A DNA stretch of 64,000 nucleotides from Chrysomallon squamiferum (Eukaryota; Animalia; Mollusca). Below, piece by piece: positions 27,412 through 64,000 of this stretch; the first letter of the stretch is position 1, and every line of letters begins with the position of its first letter. The stretch spans positions 10,850,001-10,914,000 of the forward strand of contig CM022679.1 of the NCBI GenBank assembly GCA_012295275.1. Reading direction: 5' to 3'. Below the pieces are notes generated by a model. That model was not told the DNA's origin and did not search any database. It saw nothing but the letters and a program-made list of their open reading frames with translations. The translations under genes were made by a program, and so were the position numbers.

Positions 27412-29402
27412 TATTAGAAAAAAACATCGGTTTTCAAAACTGTTATTATTATGACTTTACAAATATTGCTGCTGCTGATACTACTACCATTTCTACTATA
27501 CATTATACTTAATGTATGAAACCGAAGTGATTTAACTATACAAATATACATGTAGTTAATGCTTTAATATTCTTCTTTAAGTTGCAAAAAAAAAGATATT
27601 TTGGAATTATAAAGCAACTGTGGCCCTTTCGTTCGGACGATAACTAGTTCAAAAAGAAAAACAGGCTTATAGCAAAACCATTTCTTGACACCTTCGCTAC
27701 TGCTTTTTGTATCAGCAGCTCTGTAGGAATCTCAGGCTGCGTTTTATATCACCAAGTTTTTTCAAATCAATGAGTATCTGTCCATATCAAGAACCCCTGC
27801 CAAGCCAACAAGCACAATGGCTGGTATCAGAAAGTCTGTAGTGGATTTTAGCGTTACTTTGCTGTTGGCATCTCGTTTTTCACTGAAAATCAAGAATTCT
27901 ACTCAGGTTTATGATAGAGCAGCGTTATTTGTGCTGCAGACTTGGTTATATTTAAAGTGAAAGTAATGGATTCTGAATGTACGAACAGAATATTGTGTGT
28001 TAATTTGTGCTCAGCTATTCCTATCCTGATTGTTCTTTCTTGTTCTAAGCAGTACGCTAACACTGGCTACGGTATCAGAAACAGGGTTCCTCTTTTCAGC
28101 CTTTATGCTAGAAACAAATGAATGACCAAACATTAATACTTAAATATATTCATCGGGAGTAATTTCTCTATCAAATTCAGGAAAAATTGTATGTCATTTT
28201 AGGAAAATAAAACAGAAAACAATATTTCTTTTAAATTTCATGTTTTTTGATTTGTGCTAATTTTATTTTGACAATTAATAAAAAAAATATTTTTTATCAA
28301 AAATTTGTTTTTATGTGTGCAAAAAATTTCGGCCAAATGACCGTCCATCCCACACCCCCAAAAGCCTGTGAATAAGCTGAAGTTTTGTTAAATATTCATT
28401 TTTACGCATTCCATTATGCAGTTGGTAAATTTTTTATTTTTTATTTTTTTTTTTTTTGCTTAATTTATGTCTTCAAAGATAATGTCGAGTGTGGTGAAAC
28501 ATGGTTTATAAGTTTCCCAAAGTTAAGAGCGTAATTACATTTTATCTGATTTGAAGTAAGCGAAGCCAGTTCTTATCTGATATCAAATACGTGTAATTAC
28601 TTGCAGTGAAATGTGAAGCAAATATAACTAATTAAATATGACAGAGTTATTGCTTTTTATCAGACACGAAAATACGTATTTTTTCAAATGTACGTTTCAT
28701 CACGTAAAATACGTTTTATTGCAGGCGTTCCCCCTAATTAAATAATTATTTATTTCTTTTCTGTCTTTCTTTATTTATTTATTTATATAATATTGTTGTT
28801 ATTGTTGGCACAAATCCTATAGGAACTGGAGAATAAAAATATAATTGTTTTCCATAGAGCAAAAACATCGGGACTCTTATTAACAGTATTTATATTACAG
28901 AAAAAAGTTAAAAACGTAAATCGACCTGCAGTCGACCCCTCGGTGATTTTCAACACTCGTTTATCACACAGGAGATCCCTGCTTTCAAGCAAAAAAATTA
29001 TAGATGACAATGAATGTTTTAGAAAAAAAAGGATAAAATTTTTTTTTTTTTTTTTTTTATAATCACTTGGTGTTTATTGCCGCATTTATAATAATTAAAA
29101 CCTTTTCATTTTCTTTCAGAAGAAATCAAAGAAACGATTAATATAAATCACATATCAAATGAAAGGGGTTTTTTTTCAACAAGTTTCTTGCTGATAAAGC
29201 GCATACTTCTCTTGGTGTTAATATCAACTCTGGGGTAAGCGAAGTGTAAAAATCAAATATAGAGCAAGAGATAAAGAATGCTTCGCTCTTTCAGACATCT
29301 TGCCCTATATAAACATTCATTTAATCGTAAAGGAAAAGTAGGTTAATTTCAACTGTTATTTTTTACCTTTTTTTTTTTTTATCTACTTTTTTCTTTTTTT
29401 TT

Positions 29403-29434
<32 letters not shown>

Positions 29435-30055
29435 CTTTATATATCTTCCTTTCTCCATTTTTCGAATTTTCCCCTATCTTTCTTCATATTCTTCTTATTT
29501 TCTGGCTTTTTTTTTTGTTCAGCGTTTCTGATATCAGTTATTTTAGCATCGTCTGTTAGTGTCAGGTAATTTATTTCAGACACTTGTGAAACTAAGAAAC
29601 AAACTGAAGAAGACAAATGTTTTTATTTGTTCTGTCATTTGTACTATCAGCCTTATACTACTGGAATGTGGGCCAAGTTGATAGATGTTGTAGGATCGAT
29701 CCTCTTCAGCGGAATCTTGGCATAACTGTTTCTTTCATGTTTATTATTTACTGTCCATAAATTTAAAATTATATTTATAAACATTAAGGTGTTTGTCTGT
29801 CTGACTGTCTGTCTGTATTAATATGAATACATGTAATGATGGATGAAATGTATCTATGTATGTATATTTGTATATTGATATACAAAAACTAATTACAAAA
29901 TGTTAGAAGAAAAAAATCCTTGATATATCACATAGCATTTTATAATAAATCAAACTATATAATACATTTATTACTATACAAATATTTTCTAATACTCTTT
30001 TAATTATTTGCAGAAGAAAAATTGATTGCTGTGGATCAAATGGGAAAAATAAGTT

Positions 30056-30086
<31 letters not shown>

Positions 30087-30590
30087 TTATTTATTATTTA
30101 TTTAAAGTTCTATTTATAGACAGTAATAATGTGGGTGGTGCGACTGATATTTACGTTTTACTGTTATATAACTACAAACGTCTGACGCAAACTCAAATAT
30201 AAATGCCGACAGACGGGAAATTATCAACTTTAATCTATGTTTTTTGATTTATGCATGTGGAAAAGCAGAGATATGAAGAAGAAGAAGAAAGAAGAAGAAA
30301 AAAAGACAATTTAAATACTTTTTCAGGTATTTGGTTTTTTGTATAACGAAACTTGAAGGAACAGAATCGGGCGAGAAAGTAACATATTTCTGCAACACTT
30401 GATAACGTTCGCTAACGCCCACCTTTATCTCGCAGAGCTTGTTGATAAGAATAGTAAATTGATTATGAAATGTCTGGCTTACTTTGAAGAGTTTTCATGT
30501 TATGTTAAAACAAAAAAAAAAAAGATTTATATTATCTTCAAAGAAATGTGCAACAATTATTACATTCCTCTCAAATTTCAAATCATTTCT

Positions 30591-30640
<50 letters not shown>

Positions 30641-31782
30641 CATTATCATCATCATCATCATTTTCATTATCATTATCATCGTCATTATAGCAATAACTAG
30701 TATCACTTATATGTCTCTTTATTATTAATAACACATTTGATGGTACTTCTTTTAACGACAGAAACAATCTTCAAAATACGACTTCTAGTCCATTTAATTA
30801 TATTAGCTGCTGCGTACACTGAACCAAAGTTTAAAGAAATCGCCCTTTTCAAAAGCACAGTGAACTTCCCTCTGGAAACAAAAATACACCTTTCATATCT
30901 TACGTGTCTCTGAAGTAAAATAATCAAGATTCAATTTAGACTTGAGCATAGTCTTGAGGATGGGATTCCAAAAAGTTTAACAGCTTCCAACCCTTACAGC
31001 TCGCAGTATTCTGCCGGTAATTGTAATGACTTCATAATTGAATTGGGTTTCGAGCGAAACCTGGTTACGCAACCGTCACGGTGTAGTTTTTCTTACCGGT
31101 CACCTTTCATTAGCTTCGTGATAACGCAGCTTACACTGTCGAACAGAACTAGTAATTGGAACACGGCAAGCCATGTCGTAAACGCACCTTTTATCCTGGC
31201 AGTTTTGCTGCAAAAAGAAAAATTACGGAGCCAGGCTGTTACGAGCTGTAAACATCTGCTGTTGATAATATGCCCGGGGTCCGCTTATATACGAGATTTT
31301 TTTTTTTTTTTTTTTTTAAAGTATCTTCGAAATGAGACGAATTTATGTAAATTAAAACCAAATGAAAACATTCAGTACGGACTATTAACATCGATTTGAG
31401 TACGCTCCATTCTGAAATGAGCTTTTTACAAACCCTTGAAGGCAAGCTATCTTTTTTTTTTCTGTTTGTTTTTTTTTCTATGTTTTTTTGGCTATGAAAA
31501 ACGATCCAAATTGGCAGGGCAAGATGCGAGATTCATTTGTCTGTGCTATTACACCTAAGCGTTTTACTGGAGGTAACGTAATGAAACGATGCAGTTTTCA
31601 ATTATTTTCGGCGATATGTGAAGGAATTTCGCAGATAAAATTTGATAAAAAGGAGAATTAACCAGAACTATTTACGTTTTTGCCTGTAACATGTTACCAA
31701 AGTGATTCGGAGATAAGCGAGATATACAGACATTGTAATGTTTCTCTTTTTTTAATAAAAAGTTCGTTCTTCTTGTTTGAGG

Positions 31783-31820
<38 letters not shown>

Positions 31821-33484
31821 TTTTTTTTTTTAGGAATAAAGGTTACTTATAATTGTGTGTCTTTCAATTCCAAAAAACTAAAACACTGAAATAAAATAGT
31901 GCAGATGTAGGCTTGGACATGTCTGTATTCTTTGTTACACATATATCCGTATGTGTGTATGTGTGTGTGTATGTATATATGTATGGATGTATGGATGTAT
32001 CCATGTATCCATGTATACATGTATGTGTATATATATGTATGTATGAATGTGTTTGCATGTGTGTATGTGTGTATCTATGTATGTATATTTTTTTGTATGT
32101 ATACACTTAATATTTCATATCAAACAATATATGTCTATATAGACATAAAACTTGGGTCAAGTACAGTATATTTTATGTGTATGGGTGCGTATGTATGTGT
32201 GTGTGTTTATCCATACATATATATATATATAAAATCATGATTCATAAAACTATTGGAAAACCAAAACAGATGGCTCCCAACATTACAAATAATGAAATAA
32301 AAAATGAAGAGCTTGATGCAATAAACCGAATTATTAATAATTACGATTATACAAATATCTTGGCTCACGTATCGTATATTTTCTTACGTGAATATGTGTT
32401 TATGTGTGTATGTATGTATATTAAATATATAATATTTTATTTGAAACACTATTATTTCTGTTATATTTTATTCTAACTCTTATGGTTCACTTAGTGGGAC
32501 TGAAAGCGATTTTCAGAACGAGCCAGGGCGAAATGTTTTTCATTACGATGTGTGCGTGGGTATGCATGAGTGTGCATGAGTGCATTTGTATTAGAGAAGC
32601 ACTCCAGGTAGGTTCCTTGCTGCCAATGTATTGTAGCTATGATCCTTTAGAAAAAATTACATTTTATCATTATAATTATTACCAGTCGGCTGCACAAATA
32701 TGTCATATACTGAATATTCCTACAATGTTTAAAGTGCCAAGCGAACAGAGCTGAACAAAATATGAATGTGAATTAAGCAACAGTTTGTAATTCATTATTT
32801 GTAGTGCAAATTGGTCAGAATGATAATCAATAACTGAGACTAATTTATTACATTCTGGCAGTTCATTCATTATAATTGCTTATATGTATATAACGTTTTT
32901 GTTGTTGTTTTTAATTACTTAATTATTTTGTTTTTGTTTTTATTTTATTATTATTATGATTTCATTTTTTGTTTTGTTATTACAGTGTATTATTTTTATT
33001 ATTATTATTTATTTATTTATTTTTTTTATGTATTTTTATTTTCAAAACAAATAAAAAGAAAAAAAAAAGTTTTGGAGACTCAGTCTTTGTAGAGTTGTTT
33101 TAACTTCATTAGTTTTGATATTAAAATGTACCTGATTACTCCATGTTCCATTTGCATTTTTTTCTTATTCTTTGTTGTTGTTGTTGAATATATATTTTTT
33201 TCTTATTTATTTATATATAAATTTCACATAATTACATTATTTTTAGTAATTTATCTCAGGTTGATTCTAGTCATAGCGAAAATTTAAATTTTTCTATTTT
33301 AAATTTTATATAAATACAGACACACAAGCACACGCATTCACACACACAAAACACACTCACGCACACACACACACACAGACACATAAAGACAATGTTTGCA
33401 TGGAAGAAGGGGTGTCATTTATTTTTCTTTTTTCTTTTTTTTCTTTTCTTTTTTTCTTCTTTAATATTATTATTATTATTATTA

Positions 33485-33516
<32 letters not shown>

Positions 33517-34382
33517 TTAATTTGCTTTTGTAATCTGTAACAATTTCTTTGATCAAATTTCCATTATTTAAATGTAAATGCTGTATATAAAAAGGTGTGT
33601 GTGACTCATCAATTAAGTCTAAAAACTGACACAGGTGGCCACGATTTGAATAGTGCGTACTTCACCTCAGTTTTCACACAAAATGCAAATCTTACACAAT
33701 TTTATTACATCGTACTGAAAACCAGGAACAAAAAAACCCATAAATTTTCCAATAAAGTTAAATTGTTTTGACCCGCTGTCTGATTACGAGGTCTCTCTGA
33801 TAAAGAAGCTAATCTACTGTTTATGAAACTTTATTTTAATCCATATCTTTTAAAAAATGACTCTCAATCAATAGTCTTTACACATCGCATGTCACAATAT
33901 GTATATCATTTGTATTAAAAAACATAATTTGCTTTAAAAATAAAATAAAATTAATAATTATAAAAAATCAGATGTAAAAAAATAAATGTAATATTTTCCA
34001 GTAAATGTAACTATTGGGATAAAATTGTGAAAAAAACAAGGAAATTTTGTTGTAGAAACTGAAAGGTGAATGACATGAGGAACTGTTGTAATAAAACTAA
34101 ATAATCTTTTCAGAACGCGAAGGTAGTGAACAGTTAATATTTTAATCAGAAATTCATAGTTTAACCAACCTAGTAGATAAGAGATATAATTCTTCTTGTT
34201 GTTGTTATTTTATATATTTATTTATTTTATTTTATTTTATTTTATTTTTTTATTTTATTTTATTTTATTTTATTTTATTTTATTTTATTTTTATTTTTAT
34301 TTTATTTTATTTTATTGATTTGTTTTATTTTATTTTATTTATTGTTTGTTTGTTGTTGCGTTTTTGTTTTGTTTTGTTTTTT

Positions 34383-34424
<42 letters not shown>

Positions 34425-36388
34425 TAGACAATAAAACTTAATGACATTCATCAACTAGAAACACATTTCTCTGTCTGCAAGGCTTAGCTGTAATTTATGT
34501 AACTGTTCTTTCGTAGAATTACGTAACAGGACCGAATAAAAGATTAGCGCGAATGACAGAAAAGAACAAAACAAAACAACGTTCATGGTCCATGCGCTTT
34601 CATTTCCAAAGGTAACCGTAACTTCACATTGTTATCATCGTTTTTCACATTTGTCACATAGCTAGCACATGTAATTTTCATGCTTAGCAAATTATATTCA
34701 TTCCATGCGGAATTCATTTGAAGTTCTTGTGTTACATTTGTTTGAATAACATTTCTTAAATTTTCAGTCTTATATAATACATTTCTTTGTGTGGAAAAAT
34801 AAAACTGATAGACATTATAGAAAACAATAATTTTGTATGCAGAAGTTTAGACGAGTTCAAAACGGAATTAGTTTTTAACATGTTTTAATTAAGAACGAAA
34901 TAAGATGAATATATATTCTGATTTAAATTCTCCTCTAAGTTTACACCGTTCATGTCAAACTTAATTGCCTAGGGATTAATTGTTCATTTAGCCGTGATAT
35001 TTATTTATTTATTTGTTTGTTTGCTTGTTTGTTTGATTGTTTGTATGTTTGTTTATTTCCTTGCTTAATTGTTTGCTCTTTTCTTTTTCGTATAAACAAC
35101 TATTCATAAACATATATAAAGAGGCACCTACAAACATATATATATAAATACACACATACTCATGTATATACAGCATAGTTACATCGACACACACACACAC
35201 ACATACATACATACATACATATATACATACATACATACATACATACATACATACATACTACATACATACATAGATACATACATAAATACATACTACATAC
35301 ATATATAGATACATACACACACACAATTCATAAAAATACATATACATGTACAAATATGCATACAAAAACGCATACAAATACAAACATTAAACATAATCTG
35401 GGCATATTATACTTTAATTTTCAAAACATTCTCTTCCTATCGTTTTTGTATGATATCAGTTTCTCCCTATTATTTATCGCCTTTTCCAAACATATTCAGT
35501 ACATTAATAAAAAAAAAATTATATGATTTTGATCACGTTTCTTGATATTTTATCTGAGCTATAATATTTATTAGCGAAAAGATATGGGTTTTTTTTTTTT
35601 TTTTTTTTTTTTATCTTTTTTTATATATACTATCTTAATTCAATGATAATTCTCTATAAATATAAAAAATTAGGTGATAAATGTACTCGGATTTAAATTC
35701 TGGTTTATAGTTTGTTTAACGCTGCTAAATGACTAATAAAACTGAAGGCGTGTTTATATGGTTTTCAATTTTAAAATTTCTTGAAACTAAATCCGTGATA
35801 ACTTACATGAATACTGAAATGACGGTTTGTTTTTCTTGAAATGCATTATAATAATGTTGACAGTAAAAAATAAAAAATAAAAAAACCGAACAAAATAAAT
35901 AAATGAAAAGTTAATCAAATATATTAAACGTCTTTTTTATATGTAATAATTTATCTTGATTATGTATCAACAACAACAACATAAATATTAAATAAATAAA
36001 TAAATAAATACATAATTATTATTTTAAATATAACAACAAAACCAAATAACTATCCGAAATATTACTCTAGTTTCAACCGGTAAAATGTTCATAATAAAAT
36101 ATTTATTTCTCTATTAAAGACATTCTTTCAGTGTATAATTTTTTTTTACAAGAAGCACTGACGTCTGTACGGTATTTTCAAAATAATCAGTTTTATTTCT
36201 CAATGCTTTTCAGTCAAATCTTTTGAACATAGTCACTGTGCAACTTTTGGTTAAAACATGGGCGTTTCTAAACCAGTTTTAATGACTGATTCGTGGCTGA
36301 AGGACATTATCAACCTTCAGTTCATGCAGAGTGAAATGTAATATAGTCTTAGAGAAATGTCGATTCGGGTAGTTTCGATTAATTCCGA

Positions 36389-36498
<110 letters not shown>

Positions 36499-36501
36499 GG
36501 C

Positions 36502-36544
<43 letters not shown>

Positions 36545-37155
36545 TAGATAGATAGACAGACAGACAGATAGACAGATATATATAGATATGGAACTGATAA
36601 TTCGTAACTGTATCATTATTTTTTCATAGCGGTGTTATGAAGGGATAATTAGTGTAAACAATTCACATTTGTGACAGTATCCGGAAATTTATTTACATAC
36701 GTACAATACTGTTAATGGAATCAACAGCTGCAGTGATTGGCTGGGGGGGCAGTGATTGGCTGGGGGGTGAGCGACCGCCTGCCTTGACTTTCCCCCATAC
36801 TAACCAAATTCAACAGATGATAAAAGCTGTGCTTCTAACAGATACAAAATAAGAATTTAAAAATAAAAATTTAAAAAAAACACGTAATGGACGAATACTC
36901 CATTGAGTTTACACCATCTGTTGTCAGTACATAACAGTTTTGAAAATCAGTCTTCACCAGAATCTATCAAGTTACATGAATCTGGTTGTTTTTAAATGTA
37001 CAGAGTCTGGTCGAATAAAAATATATCATAAAATGTAAAACAAACAAAAATACATACGAACATACATATATACATACATACACACATACGCACAAACACA
37101 CAGGTGCATACAAATGCAAAGAAACGAAAACATATACATACATACATACATACAT

Positions 37156-37190
<35 letters not shown>

Positions 37191-37918
37191 TACATACATA
37201 CATACACATACATACATACATACATACATACATACACATACATACATATAGACATACATACATACATACATACAAATATACATACATTCATTCACACGTA
37301 TATTAAATTTTCTATACAATGCATGAAGCAAGGTAATTAAGTGTCAGTGTTTTCTGTAGACATAGACACAGATAAATTGGCAAATGTATTTTTTATATAT
37401 ATATTTGTTAAGAAGTCAGAGAAAGAAAAGTCAATATTTAAGTCCCTTTGTAGTCTTTGAACTCGCATATCAGTTGTATTGATTTAATTTAACCTCGCAC
37501 CAAAAAGCTGTTTTGAGCGGAATGACAGAATTTCCAATTCGATTGGTTTTCTTTCATCTTCAGCTTTCTTTATCTTTTCAAACTCTTCAAGACTTTTTCC
37601 CACGATCATTTTCAATAATAACCTTTCATCGAATTCCTTTATTTCCGAATTAAAATGTAAATCAAACCAATAAACGCCGCTTAAACACAATTACAGAGCA
37701 ACATAAAACCGAAACGTACCGCTCTTCCGAAGTATTAAAAACCTACCTCAATTTTTGTTTCCAGGTTCTTAAATGAGCTTTTCATTCTGAAGTGAAATCT
37801 ATACCATAACAATCGAAAAGAATGCTGTAACGGACAGAAAACCTTTACAATAACATACAATACCTTTCAATTCAAACCTTGCCTCTGTAATAATTAAAAC
37901 CTGAATATATATATTAAA

Positions 37919-37967
<49 letters not shown>

Positions 37968-38099
37968 TCCACTAAAATCGCAAAAAATGTCCATATCGGT
38001 TCAATAATATCGAACGTCATTTTGTGACACCATTCGTTTTCTTCAAGCCTTAGTTCGTTCTGTGTGTAATGCAAAATTTAATTTTACCTTCTGGTAGAA

Positions 38100-38386
38100 C
38101 CACATCCCAGTACGTTTCACTTGTACGACACATGTCGCAAATGTGTCTGAACTAGAAACATTCTAATGATCCCTGGACCAGGTGTCGCATGGTAATTACA
38201 GGTGCACCAGCCACGCTCAACCGTTTTGTCGCTGACAATGTAGTCGACGTTGAAGCGATTAGGACTGCCTATATGTTCTGAATATATGTTTTTAAAAAAA
38301 ATTAAAGATAATAGTTGCTGTCTTGGAAAGACAAGGATTTCAAACGGTTTAATACAATAGCTGGATAAATATCGCGCGAGCTGATA
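38100..38386 (+). promoter_or_regulatory. Candidate proximal promoter / 5' UTR of the villin-like gene
   Basis: CpG-enriched unique sequence just upstream of the ATG; two CAGGTG E-boxes at 38179 and 38199. Confidence 0.4.
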
Positions 38387-63719
<25,333 letters not shown>

Positions 63720-63757
63720 GTAAAGTGTTATATTATCTATCGCCCCCTTCCCCTCTC

Positions 63758-63861
<104 letters not shown>

Positions 63862-64000
63862 ATCGTGTTCTGGTTTGGTTCTTCCATTACCTTAAACTAT
63901 CTAATAAAAACCCTTTCATTATTTTACTAGCATAAAAATTTCACAGTTGTAGCTTGCTGATAGACAGAACTTCTAACTTGTTGACAAGTTTATTTCTCTT

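Noticed and set aside
27760-27897. Minus-strand peptide with a TM-like stretch (FLIPAIVLVGLAGVL) as a possible upstream exon
   Set aside because: It is short, ends in a stop, has no start codon or donor linking it to the EF-hand exon, and shows no recognisable homology.

Overview
This is AT-rich, microsatellite-dense eukaryotic (animal) genomic DNA. It is probably molluscan; degraded tRNA-derived SINE fragments resemble, from unverified recollection, a family in peltospirid gastropods. There are no prokaryotic features (no operons, CRISPR arrays, rRNA or intact tRNA), and most ORFs in the supplied track are translations of simple repeats. Two protein-coding genes can be built by hand. (1) A + strand villin/advillin-like gelsolin-superfamily gene: ATG at 38387, 25 coding exons traced to 63719 (2222 nt, about 741 codons, domains G1-G6 plus the start of the linker), continuing past the window. 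It has one GC-AG intron (52194-52750) and a 1-nt deletion in exon 14 (about 57373) that gives a premature TGA at 57385-57387; this is an assembly error or a truncating allele. (2) A - strand small two-EF-hand, calmodulin/troponin C C-lobe-like gene: first coding exon 25384-25174, preceded by about 50 A's, with its downstream exon not assigned with confidence. The rest holds SINE fragments, degenerate tandem arrays (16-bp period at 4.0-4.6 kb; about 50 bp and about 150 bp periods at 21.6-23.0 kb), a 120-bp local duplication and CpG-rich candidate regulatory islands. I found no convincing new biological system; the findings are gene-structure anomalies and candidates.
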